From Raillietiella orientalis (Eukaryota): a DNA stretch of 64,000 nucleotides. Both the position numbers and the translations under genes were made by a program. The first letter of the stretch is position 1. Each line of letters starts with the position of its first letter. Shown here in pieces: positions 39,461 to 51,792 of the stretch. The notes below the pieces were generated by a model. It was not told the DNA's origin. It did no database searches and saw only the letters and a list, made by a program, of their open reading frames with translations. The stretch lies in the NCBI GenBank assembly GCA_036172245.1, contig JAYWIR010000018.1:1488001-1552000 (forward strand), read 5' to 3'.

Positions 39461-39586
39461 GGCGGAGAGAAACACGTCTCACGGGTGCAACAATGCGAGC
39501 AGTGGCGGAGAGAAACGCGTCTCACGGGTGCAACAATGCGAGCAGTGGCGGAGAGAAACGCGTCTCACGGGTGCAACAATGCGAGC
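39461..39586. repeat. 43-bp minisatellite, about 2.9 copies
   Basis: Unit ggcggagagaaacRcgtctcacgggtgcaacaatgcgagcagt starts at 39461, 39504 and 39547, with one mismatch among copies and no spacers. Confidence 0.95.
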
Positions 39587-42500
39587 GAGCGAGCCTCACT
39601 CGTGCAGCAACGTGAACGGTGAAGCAGTGAATGCGAAACTGCTGCAGTCTCTCGTTCCCTTCCACCCTACAGAGCAAGTCGTTCCATCATCCTTTTTTTG
39701 TTGTTTTTTGTTTTTCCTCGAACAATTTCGCGGTTTCGTCTGCTTTGCTTCTTCTGTTTGATTTCGTGGGCACGCGCAGGGTTTTCCAAGGATATACCCC
39801 TATCTCAGCCGCTGTGTTTGCGTCTGGGTGATATCCGAGACAACACGAAGGTAGAACATCCCTTACGTCATCTAACGTGTAAATAGAAGCCATTTCTGAT
39901 GCCAATCTTTCTACATGGAAGTTGTGATTGCCACGTGCAAATGCGAGATAACCTCTCCCCTCCTCCCATTCACATGCGAAAATACACTCGTACTTGAGTC
40001 CTGGAGTTTTCTTTTCCTGTGTGTATGCGCGCGTGGGGAGGAGGGGGGAGGGGTCTGCATACCGCTGCCGGGTTCGTTGTGGCATTTCTGTGCAAGCTGT
40101 TCTTAAGGAAGGCAGCAGGAATCACTGCAAGCCGACCAGGGTTTCTGAGGAGGCCGCTGAGATCCTTTTCGTTTCATGCAACGTAGCCGATCCTTCATCC
40201 CCGAAATCTGAGACGAGCAGTCCGGTTCAAACGGGGCTTGTAGACTGCATTGTGCAGTGTGTGTACACGCATGTGTTGATGCATAGTGCACGAGCGCCGT
40301 TCGATTTTCTCTCGACGAAAAAGTGATTTTTTTTTTTTTTTCCGGATGCGAGAGCATCAGTCCTCACTGCTGCTGCTGCACACAAGTGGTGATGCACTGC
40401 AGTATGTGTCTCTGATAAGAAAGAAGAAGAAAAAAAGTTATCGCGCTTCTGTCCCCTCTCCCGTAAAATACATTCAGCAGCCACCCGTTTTGTTGACTCT
40501 CAGAAGCGCGACACGAACAGCATCCGGCTGATCTCAGACATCCCGTTTCCATGAAAACGGGAAGGACCTTACCCGTCGCCTCACAACCCAGTAAATTCAA
40601 GCAGATGCAAATCAGCTCAAAATAGTCTGCCACATCTTCCTGGAAGTGCGCTTTCTCGCAGCCTCGAAGTACGCTTTCTCAAAGCGGTAGTTCTGTTCGA
40701 GAAGGCAGTTTTCATTTTTGCTTGCTGCCATCTAGCGTGCATCTCTCGGGAGAATGCACCCAAGTGGTAGATGAGGAGCAAGCAGATTGCGGAACCTCTT
40801 CCGGGAATCGGAAGGTCTTTAGGAGGTGAGGTCTCCCTTCCACGTCAACACCAGGAGCGTTTTTATTTTTATTTTTTTAAGGGTTTTCTTATTTCCTTTT
40901 TAGGAAAAAAAAAAAAAACACGGAACCGAGCAACCAGTCAACCAACGATGCAGGCGTGCGCGGGGCTTGTTCTCTCTGCTGCTGCTGTTTTCGATATTAT
41001 TAAGTGTCCGAGGGGAAGTGCTAAAATCTTCCAAGGGAACGGAGGGGATCCAGCAAGAAGGGAATGCGTGTGTGCGAAGTGATTCTTAAGCAGCAGAAGG
41101 CGAGGGGTTACTATGGAGGGTTCCGTTCCGCTGCGAGAGCCCATGGAGAGCATTGGTTTCCGCGTGACACTGACAGGAAGGGGACGGTGACCTCGCACCG
41201 CCAATGCTCGTAGGAACCTACCTGTTCGTGGTGGGAGTTTTCCTTCAGACCTGGATGGCTCTCCATCCATTCAAGGCAGCCGGAGCTTCTTTTCGAGAGC
41301 GAAAAATTACGCACAGAAAAAATTCAAGCCCCGTTGGCCGACCGCTCGTACGCAGAGCGTATCGACCCGGGGCGGAGAGTGCAGCCAGCCGTCTTTGAAC
41401 GTGTAGCCAGGAATGAACCGGTGTTCCCACTGTCTCGCCTTCTTTCCACCTGCCACTTCACCGATGGTTCGGAAGACGGAAAACTCCTACGCCGCGCGAA
41501 GATCCTCTCGTTATTTTTCGTGCTCGTTCGCTGATCTTCGGCTCCTGGGGGCGAACCAAAAGGAAAGTAGCGTGGAGTTCCCAGGGTTTCCGCCGGGAGC
41601 GTACGCGACTCCAGGAAGGAGCTTAACGTCCAGGGAACGTCGAGGAAGACGCACAAGAGACTCGCAGCAAACAGTGCATCCATCGACCCCACCACACCCC
41701 TGTGCGCTAACTGCCTCGCATGTGTTCCGCTTAGGCTCGCACGCCCCATTCCCAGAGGGTTTGGATTCACCCGGAGAGCTTGCCTGTTTATCCGCCGGTG
41801 CTCCCGAGACAGAACAGGCAGGAGTGACCTCTTCAAATCCACTCGGTCTGACGTGAAAATTCGAGGACTCACCGGTCAGTCTGGTCGAGTGACCCTGCAG
41901 ACTCTCCACATCAGCTCGTCCGACCAAGCTGCGTAGTTTGGGTTTTCCGGCTCGCATCTCTGTGGAGAGCGGCGGGCGTTCTTCTGCGGTGTTCTGCTCG
42001 CCCTGTACTCCGCGGTCGCGAACTTTTTTGTTTGCCTCCATCCCAGGGGCCAAGATCGGCAGTTCATTGCGCTTTCATACGACCATCTTTTCCAGGATCC
42101 GGCCACTCAACTTAAATGGAAGAGACCGCCGGGGCAAGGATGGTGTTTTTCAATTTTCAAGGGAGGTCGTTTAAGCTTGGGGACCCATTATTGATGAGTC
42201 ATCTCCTAATTGAGCTGCTGCTCGACAAAGTGTGGAATTGTGGTCAATGCGGCTTTCTCCGCGCATGAAACCGGGGGTATTCGACGCGTGCAGCTCGTTT
42301 AAGAGAGTCGAGGAGCGGAGGAAACGGGGGAGCTTCGTTTCTTCCCTAGGGATAGCGGCGGAAAAAGAGACTCCTTGGGCGATTTCATCTGTCTCCCGAT
42401 GCTCGGAACGGTCCACCCCGTCGATAAGCCCGAACTGATCCGAGGATCGAACTTTTCGGTCGCTCTTAGTTAATGCGATCCAGCCTCGGCTCTCCGCGAA

Positions 42501-44380
42501 AAGACTTCCGTTAATTAAATACGACTCACCGTGAATGCAGAGTTGTCCCAAATGCTTCAATTAGCAGTTGCAATTAAATAAATGGACCCTAATTATCGGG
42601 CCCGAATCCCGAAATTGGTATTTCATCAAAGCGCTGTTAATTGAACTGGAAAATCTCCCATACCTAGCATTCCTTTTCCCCCGGTCGCTCGCGACCAGCG
42701 CGCCGAAACAAGGCGCCCGCGAAGAGGAGACGGCTCCGCGGCCGCGCGAAGGCGCGAGCGTGACGTTTGCGCCGGTGCGGACGAGCCGACAGTTTCCTGC
42801 CGCTTAGCCACCGAAGCCTTTCGCAAGATTGGGAAACAGCCGACCCAGTAACCAGTTTCACTTTCGAGCCGCGTTCGTCTTTCTCCCGGGAGTGCCTGGA
42901 AAAGTTCGTGCTGCTCCGCTCCGGGTGACGACACCTAGGCGGACAGGAAAAATCGGGGCGAAGCGCAGCTCCCTCGGAATGTGTGCTGCCGTGCTAATTG
43001 TCTTCCGTCGAGGGACCTTGCCCTCCGGAAGAAGAGGCTCTTGCTGTTGAGGACGCACGGAGCGTGGAACCTCGCACAGAACTGGGAGCGACGGACGGGG
43101 CAGGGAGACCAGGAAAGCCGGGCTGCCTACCCAGGTCCTCTGTGTTCCCAAGCCGAAGGGACAGCTAGGCGGCTCGGTGGGGTCGCTGCGATGAATCCCG
43201 ATGGGGCACATCGTCGGCGCTGCGCTCTTCCCACGTAGGTTCCTTACCAGAAAACTGATTCGAGCAGACCAAGTCCACCGTTTCCAAGATGGATCCAAGA
43301 ATTGCTTTTAGGTGATTTATCTCACCGACTGTCACAGCACTCATGCTGATACATTATGGAACCCAGCTGATAAACAATGGGCTTAATCAGTGTTTTCGGA
43401 AAGAACAAAGAGCCACTTCGATCTTCTGCTTGCAGCTCTTTGTTGCGGAGATTGTTCCCGAGGATTCCAGAACTTTCAGTCTCGTGGCACGGCGGAAATC
43501 GCCTGGCCCCGAAAGGCAATTTGCCCGAGACGAGGCAACCCTGATTTCTTTCGTTCGTTAATTTATTCGTGCGAGCTTCGATCCCAACAGGTTTGGTCTT
43601 CTAGAGCCGGGAGAACAAGAGGCTGCAGTTCCCAGGAGTGCGTCTGTCCAGGACCTCTTCGTCCCCGGCAGTTTGCGAGGCATGGAAACCACTCGTGTTT
43701 CGCTTATCTGCGCTTCCGCGGCGTTGCCGATGAAGGCCTGCGGAGGTCCCCGACGGGAAGTTCGGGACGTCTTTTTGGGTCTGTTCTCTGCTTCCGTTCC
43801 CGCGAATCTCGTAAAGTCACTGCTGCATCTTCCGGGATGTCGTGCCTTCCTGCCCCAACGAAAGCAGACTGACCCAACCCGGCAAACGGGGCAGGATCAC
43901 GGACAAAAGACGTGCCTCTTTCGCTCCCTGCTTTCGTAGCACACCCGGTTTTCTAAAACCTTCAGGCGGAATGAAGAGCAGCCTCGTCTTGACCTCTTCT
44001 TCTAGAAGAGGGGAGGTGAACTGTGTTGCTTTCCTGACGCGTCAAACGGGATACTGAAGGTTCCAGGTTTCTTGTTTTGAGGTATTCTTGCAGTGGCCGC
44101 TTATCGGCGGATCCAGCCATTGCACCTGAGAGATGCGTTCGTCCCCCCACCCCCCCTTCCCTGTTCTCTTCTCCAACCAGGAAAAGAAATCGATAGGTTT
44201 CCGATGGGACATATGTATCCTGCCGCATGGCTAGGATTTGCAGCTCGTCCCCAAATTTCCACGGGAGTTTCGGGAAAGTCTGGAAGCTGACCATCAGAGG
44301 CCATCCAGCTCCCATTCCGTAACCGTGCGAGGCGATCCAAGCGAATTCACGTCTTTGGAAGAATTCCCATGCCTTCCCCC

Positions 44381-44593
44381 CCTCCCCTGTCGTCGTCTCC
44401 CTTAGGGACGACTCAACGGGCTTCCGGAAAACATCTTCCCGTCACTGTCCTCACCCTCGTCACGAGGATTTTGGGGGTCGACCGAATGCTGGGAAGAGAG
44501 CACCTGAGGAGCAGGAGTCTCGAGGCATCCTGCCCTCAGACTTCAACCTTTCCATGATTATAAGGGTGATTATTCCCATAACGGAGAACCCGA
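44381..44593 (+). repeat. About 200-bp direct repeat, copy A (partner 45311-45521)
   Basis: 9 mismatches over 200 nt (44381-44580 vs 45311-45510), offset 930 bp. Confidence 0.95.
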
Positions 44594-45067
44594 ACGGTTC
44601 GTGTTCCTGGAACAGTGTGCGTGTGTGTGTTTCTTTTTTTAATTACTGATCCTATCTTTTCGCACATGCACCTCCTGCTGCGATTGGTGCCAAAAGATGA
44701 CCGGCTGCTTATCAAAGCATCATCGGTTTATTTCTCCTCGCCCACGATGCTGGCAGCAGCTTCCACTCGCCCTGTGGCTTCCCTGGGTCGCAGAACGCAG
44801 GCCTGCTTCTGTTTCAAAGTCGAGACGGATTATCTCTTGCCCTTACCACAACGACAAGGCAGATCTGTGCTGCTTTGAAGCGTCAGTCGGGAGAGCGCGG
44901 TGGATCTCTTTCGTAGTTACCACGGCCACTTCCACCGCCATCGCCTTCGCACTGCCTGTCGATTTCCGCTGGCGTGAGCGCCGTTTTTTTTTTTCTTTTC
45001 GCTCCTTCCGCAGCAGCACCGTGATGACGATTGCTTAGGAAACTAAAGCTGACCATAGGAGTCTGCA

Positions 45068-45155
45068 GAGTGAGGGTGCAGCGGACTCCCGGGTAGACAG
45101 TGCGCACGTCTTGACCTTCTCTGCCAAACTCTCGGCTCTGGCGGGATATCCCTCT
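45068..45155 (+). repeat. Inverted repeat left arm (partner 46491-46583)
   Basis: gagggtgcagcgg..cccgggtagac..cttgaccttc..cggctctg.cgggatat matches the reverse complement of 46491-46583 at roughly 75-80%. Confidence 0.8.
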
Positions 45156-45310
45156 CCCCTCCCTCTCTCTTTAGCCTCCTCCGGGAGCGAGGGCTGGAAC
45201 AACCATCTAGGAAGATGCAGCAGTGGCTTTACAAAGGTGTTGCGGGATCCGCGAAAAAACGGAAGAAAGCAGAGAGCGGCTCCAAAATACCTCTGGTAGA
45301 AATTCCCTCC

Positions 45311-45521
45311 CCTCCCCCGTCGTCGTTCCCCTTAGGTACGACTCAACGGACTTCCGGAAAACATCTTCCCGTCACTGTCCTCACCCTCGTCACGAGGATT
45401 TTGGGGGTCGACCGTATGCTGGGAAGAGAGCACCTGAGGAGCAGGGGTCTCGATGCATCCTGCCCTCAGATTTCAACCTTTCCATGATTATAAGGGTGAT
45501 TATTCCCATAATGGAACCCGA
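45311..45521 (+). repeat. About 200-bp direct repeat, copy B (partner 44381-44593)
   Basis: 9 mismatches over 200 nt against copy A, offset 930 bp. Confidence 0.95.
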
Positions 45522-46490
45522 TAAATGCTAAGCGTACCCTCATATTTATTGGGGCTCCACTTGGATAGGCAGTCTGCCAGGCGTGTCTTCCACTGTTCCC
45601 CCCCGAGAGTGAGCGGTCTCGCATGGCAGCAGGGGAGTCAGGGTCCACAGCACAATGTGTTGCATGCAACACGAGGACCGCTCTTTCAACCCTTTCGACA
45701 CGAGACCCCGGGAACCTTCGCAAGGGGAGGAGCTCCAAAGAAAATAAATAATTCAAAAATAACGGCGGCGCAAATCTCGGCGTAAACACTCCGTGCCATA
45801 GTCCACGAGGCAAGGACCGACGACCCTGCCTCGTTTCCAGCCCCCGGGCGTCCTTGCCGTCCGTCATGGGGTCGCGCGGTACGCGGATGTGCCAGCACCA
45901 CTGTTTCCTGGGTTTCCACGGGACGCGAGGCGGTAGCGAAGAGGGCGGGATGTGGGATGGGGACACGGTGGTTCCCGCGAACTAGTAAGCGGCAGAAGGG
46001 AGGCCAGGGACAAGCGAGCCGGTAGCGCCATCGGTCCCTTCCAGCGGGAAGCTGGGATGGAAGCGGGAAGATCCTCTCCGTGCCCCATCCTGCTCGACGC
46101 CTCCGTGCGATCCTCCCAGCGAGAGCTCCCAGAGCGCTTCCTGTCGAATGCGGGTCCCGGCGACCGGAACGGGGTTAGGAGGCACGGAAAGGCAATTTAG
46201 TTCAAGGGCGCGCAGAGCCGGCTCGGCTCCACGCGAGCGGGGAGATGCCGCTCGCAATTAGACGGGGGCACTCCGATGCGAAGACGCCTCTCGCGTCGGG
46301 GCCGGGCTGCTTGGAAACCGAAGCTGCGGTTGACGGCCTTTCCCGCCAGCTCGCTTCGACGGTCTTGAAGGATGCGCGATCGAGGCAGGTCCACTTGCCG
46401 TGACGGCGCGCGCGCGCGTGCTTCCCCCTGCAGGAAGAACCGTCCCCCTCCGGGAGCGAGGGTCTCGCTGCCGAGGTGGGGTTAAGGAAA

Positions 46491-46583
46491 GGGGGAATAT
46501 CCCGTCAGAGCCGCGACTGTGACAAGCGAAGGTCAAGGAGTGAGTGACGTCTACCCGGGCGCCCGCTGCACCCTCCCTCACTC
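46491..46583 (-). repeat. Inverted repeat right arm (partner 45068-45155)
   Basis: Reverse complement matches 45068-45155 at roughly 75-80%. Confidence 0.8.
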
Positions 46584-48900
46584 GTGGATGCTGCGAATCA
46601 ACGCCAAGTTTTGCGGACTCTACCCGAGAGGCGTCCGACGCGCGCGCGTAACTCATCGCCCACTCCCTTCCCTCCCTCCCTCCCCCCTCCTTCCCTTTCT
46701 CGGCGGGTTTTGTGAACAAGCAGCGGTAGTGGCGCGCGGCTGCTCGCCCTCTTCCGACGTGTGTCGTCGGAGACTGAACACGCGTCTTTGCCCTTCAAAG
46801 CGTTCGATCGGAGGTGTCTTGCCGCGGGCGCGTGGTTACCGGCGCAACCGGCTCGGTGTGGCGGCGAGGACTCCCCGTGGTCGGGGGAGGGCCTGTCGGG
46901 GCGGCTCCACTTCCGCGTGGATCAGCGCTCGCCTCCGCTCTCCCGCGCTCGCGTCCACTTCGTGGGGGGATCCCGCGCGCTCCCCATCCATCACTCCATG
47001 TGCTAATCGAGAGGATGGGTTAATCAGAGAGAGCGAGAGCAAACATCTTCATTATCCCGAGGATGGAGCGCCCATAAAATGGAAATCAGATCCGAGCGAA
47101 GCGGCAGTTGCCATGGGAGGGTGAAGGTCACGGAAAAGTGGGAGCTGATGGACTTTGAAAGTACAGGAAACATGAAGCACGCACTGAGCGGAAGAAAGGA
47201 GGGGAGACGCGTACAGCAGGAGGAAGGGAAGGAGGGAGCGAGGATGATAAGGAGGAGGCTGGAATTCGAGTAATGAGGGGTCGTATCGGATGTCCCTCAG
47301 ACAGTCGGGAAAGGGGAGGGAGAAGGAAGAGAGCTGGGATCTGCTTTTTCCTATCCAGCATGCAGCAGCCCACGAGCGCCGACCCGTCTCCGTACTCGCT
47401 ATGGCGCCCATCCCGTGGGACCGCTCCCACTTTTTTCCACTTCAAACCAAAAAAAAAAAAAAAATAGGGCACCCCAGCCACTCTTCCCGTCGTCCTCGAC
47501 GGTGGCACGTGGGACAGGGTCGCGAACGGATGTGTGCCTCTCTCTTCCCCCATCTCTTTCTCTCCCCTCCGAGAGATTTCCATTCCCATCCTTTCCGCTT
47601 TGCCGAGGGGAAGGAGGAAGAGGACACGGAGGGCGACTACGGAAGGGAGCGTCCGCGACTCGGCCCGCACGTCAAGGGAACCGTCTTCCCCGCTCCGCCG
47701 GTGTCGGGCCGGACACCCGGCATCCATCCCCGTGCTCGGCGTGAGGAGCTGCTGAGCGGGGCAGACGGAGAATGCCGAGAGCGAGCGAGGAGGGGAAGAC
47801 ACCGTTTTTACACACGCACGCATGCACGCACGCGCGCGCTCACGTGACGTACGCAGAATTCGCAGGAACGGCACTTGTCGGAAGTCGAGCCGGAGGCTCC
47901 CGCGGCGGTCATGCTGGAGAGAGGAAGGAAAAGGAGTGAGACGAAGCCCTGGAGCAGGCAGCTGAGAGCGAGGAGAGGATCGCTGGCCGCCCACTGAGGG
48001 ATCCGGCACCGCCTCGAAGTCTCTTCGGCGATGGTAGCTGAAACGGACGGAGGGCTCTCCGAAGCTGCTGCTCGCCGTCTTTCATCCCCCTGCCGCGCGC
48101 GTCCCATGCCCGTGATCCCTGGCCTCCGCGCCGCCACGGCGGCGCAGCCTCCAGGTGACTTGAGCCGAGTGCGCAGCGTGGCTTCCGTCTCCGGTTGTCG
48201 CGGCCTCCCATCTTGCGGCGGCGGCGCCTCCGTGAGCGCCTCCCGGCCCTATGCGTGCTCTTCCGCGGCCGGCGGCTTGCTCGGCATCCGAGATCGGAAA
48301 GGAAACGCAAGGACCTGGAAACGACAACCGGAGGGAAGGGGGGGGGGGAGACGAGAGAGGCTCCTTCATTTCCCATGACGACGGGCGGAATCCGCCTACA
48401 GCTCCGGGGCAAGGGGTCAGGTCGCTGACACTCGACGAAGGCGGGGTCCAGGTCTAGGGATCGCTCTTCTGACGGGGTCCTCGACCGCGGGATGCCCGAG
48501 TCATCCCGTCAAGAAAATCCAACGAGCGACTTGTTTTTTTCCTCTTTCTCCGACTCTCGCGCGGAACTTTCGTGGGAGCGGTGGGTGGGAGCGAGAATCA
48601 GGAATGGGGGGGGGATAGGGAGGGAGAAAGAGAGGGAAAGGAAGAGGAGGCGCGCAGCCGCGAGTCGCTGCCTTGTCGTACCGCGCTCCTTCCGTGGAGG
48701 ATGGAACGAACGGCGCGGCGGCTGGTGGGTTCTCGGGAATCTTTGCAGCTCCTTCTGCTGCTGAGGAGGCGGACACGACGGCGAAAACAGTAGCAGCAAC
48801 AAAGACAAAAACGGAGGAAGCAGAAGAAGAAAGGAAACGCGCGATGGCGCGCACTCACGGGGAAAAGACGGAGCGAGGCGGCAGCGGCGGCGGCTGGCCG

Positions 48901-51792
48901 TGACGTCACACCCTCCCTCGTACCTCGAGAGCTCGCGCGCGCGCAGAAGCGAATTTCCCCGAGTCAGTGAAAGTAGGCACAAGTTCACGTTGCTGGTCAG
49001 ATGCGAGGCACAACGCGACCCGAGGTTTCTGGGCCAGCCGAGTAGTAGAGCTCGACCCACATCCTACGCGGCCGCGAGGGAACTTTCTCGTTGCGCAAGC
49101 GCGCCGTCCGCTGCGCATTTTCTATCCGGCGGCCCGGGCGGAACGGAAAGAGCGAGCAAGGCGGGAGGAGCCGAGGAGGACCACGGGGCCCCCACTTCCG
49201 GCTCGAGGCAGCCCTTTTTTTTGCGTGGGAGCGGAGGGAGGGAAAGAGCTGCACCCCTCCGCCGCCGACGGAAAGGAAGGAAGATCGGAGGAAAAACAGG
49301 AGAGGGAGGGGGGAGGGGGGGGAGAATGAACTCCCTTCCTGTTTTCGCTCTCCTCGATCAGCGGGCACGTTCGCGGCGGCGGTCATCCTGCGAGGTGAGG
49401 CGGCGCGGGACTCCGCGAGCTAATCCGCGGGGAGCGTCGGTCGCAAGGATCATGGCAGTGGAAGGCAGCTGCATCTCCGCATCGCACGCGCGTCACCCGT
49501 CCCCTCCTCCTCCTCCTCCTCCTCTTCGCTTTACGTGGGCACGCAAGTGCGGGCGTGCACGTATCGTGCAAGCACGGAGCGGAACGCTCAGCAGCAAACT
49601 GCGCCCACCGCGTTGTCAGGGTGGCGACGCGAACGAGGCGCCCGCGCACGCGTGCATGACCCCCGTACACCCGCGCATCGCACGTGCGTCCCCGCACGCT
49701 CGAGACGGCGGCCATGCGCTTCCCACGCGCCTCGGGATGTTTCGCGCGAAGTTTTCGCGCGCGAGAGCGTCGCCGCGCCGCTACTCGCCGCCGCTTTCGT
49801 GAATGGAAACCTTCCAGCGTGACGTCACGGACGGAGGAAGGCGATGAATGAACGCCCACGCTTCGCCATTTTCCCGGATCGGCGGGGACACGGAGGCGCT
49901 CCGCCGGGATTCCAGTTGCCGTTTCTTGGGCAACGTCCTCCTTGCTGGGCGGACTTTCGCTTTCCTGGTGGGAGAGCTCGATCTCTTCCGAGTCCTCGTT
50001 CCCCCTCCCTCCTCCTCTTCCCCCTCTCACCCATCCTCCCCGCCCTTCTCCTCCTCCTCGCCGCCGTTGCCGTCGTCTCTCGCAAGGAGGCGTCGCGGTG
50101 TCCGCGCGGCGGGTTTCCCTTCTTTGGGGTCTCAGAGCTTTTCATCCCAGTTGCCTGGAAGATGCGCGCTTCCCGAAGATCACGCCGCTGCTCTCCGGGA
50201 GCGCGCGCGCGGGGGGGGGGGGGGGGAGGAAGCAGCGGCGGCAGAAGAAGGCCACAGGGGGAATGAAACGGTCGCTGCCTCTGGCGGAAGTTTGCGCCGA
50301 GCCTGGTCGCCCGGCGGTAGGTGCGACCGTAAATCATACACGCGCGCGCACGCTCAGCGGCGGCGTGGACCAGATGCCACCACTTTCTCGGCTCCATCGT
50401 CATCATCTCTCTTGGACGCGGGGCGCAGCCGTGATCTGATTTTCGCCGCTTTCCCTTTCCGTTCGTCGCGCGGATGCGGGGGCGGAGGAGGGAGGGCGGG
50501 GGCGCCCTCTTCCGAGGCGAAGACGGACAGGCGGGGCAGCTCGACGCGGTGGGGCCCGCCCCCGCGAAGTCGGGAGGAGCGGATCCGGGGAACTGACCCG
50601 CCCCCACGGAAGGAATCTCCCTTCGGCTCTCTCCTCCCCGAGGACGCTCGAGGGAAAGCGGAAACGGGCGAGACCTCTTCCGCGCCAGTCTCCTCCGGCT
50701 GCGGGGCGGGGGGGGGGGAGCCGGAAAGCCGCGAGGGGAAGGAAGTCCCGGAGGAAGGAACGCAGAGTTCCTGAGGTTTCCGGCCGGCGCCGTGGAAGCG
50801 GTGGGGTCTCCGCCGACCGCTCTTCCGGTGGCGCGACTGTCCGGAAGGGCTCCCGCCCTGAGCGGGCTGCGGCGAGTTCCCGCATGCTGAACTGCTGGCC
50901 CTGGGGATCACAGCGGAGTCCCTCCGCCTGGGGGAAGGGGCGACAGGGAGGGACTCAACGCTCCCGCTGGCAGGACGGCAGCATCCACCCCTCCGTGGGC
51001 TGCCATTCCATTCTTTGGCTGCCATTTCCTCCCGCCGCCTCGTTCCGCGGGCGACCGTCGCCACCGTGAGGAGAAAGAGTGCGCGTTCGCTGGGGCCGCT
51101 TCTCTACCCACTCCGGGAGCGCCAACTTCCGGCAGCGTTCGGGGAAGGCTGCCGCCTGGAAGCCGGGGATAAGATCCGAGGGCTCCGTCAGCCAAGAGGA
51201 ACACCGCGGAGAGGGGAGGGAACGGGCTGTTCTCTGGTTTCGGGAGCCTCCGCCCCTCTTCCCGCGAAAGCGATCTGTGTTTTTTTCTCTGACTCCTCTC
51301 GCTCCCCGTTCCTCCAGCCTCCCCCATCTTCCTCTCTTTCCCTTCGCAGGAACCGGAGACGAACCCGCTGCCTCCTGAAGCCAACGAGAGGCTTGAGTGC
51401 TCCCTTCCTCGCTCCTGCCCTCGCCGCGCGCACCCTCTCGGCCGCCTTCCCTCTCTAGGTGGGGCGGGGGCGGCTGCGCCGGAAGCCAGACGGGACGCCG
51501 ACTTCCGGTACGCCGCGCCCGTGTTCGGCCGTTTGGCGTCCCAGAAAGGTTTCTCCGCCTCTCCTGTCCTTCCGTCCCTGGGGCCGGGAGCATCCCGGAA
51601 GCGCCCCACTTCAGGTGCCGTGGGTCAGGAGGGCGAGCGCCTTTCGGAAGACGTCGTCAACTCTTCCTCCCGGCTCGTGGACGTTTCCCGCCTCTTCCCG
51701 GACCGGGGCGGAGGGTCACGGAGAATCGCATTCCCCCTATCCTCTCGTGGGCGATCCTTCTGCGTGCCTCGCGCGGCGGCCCGATGACGTCA
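48901..51792. promoter_or_regulatory. Cluster of three palindromic CRE sites
   Basis: TGACGTCA at 48901-48908, 49820-49827 and 51785-51792. Confidence 0.4.

Noticed and set aside
39461..39586. CRISPR-like repeat
   Set aside because: The units are directly adjacent with no unique spacers, there are no cas genes, and the context is eukaryotic.
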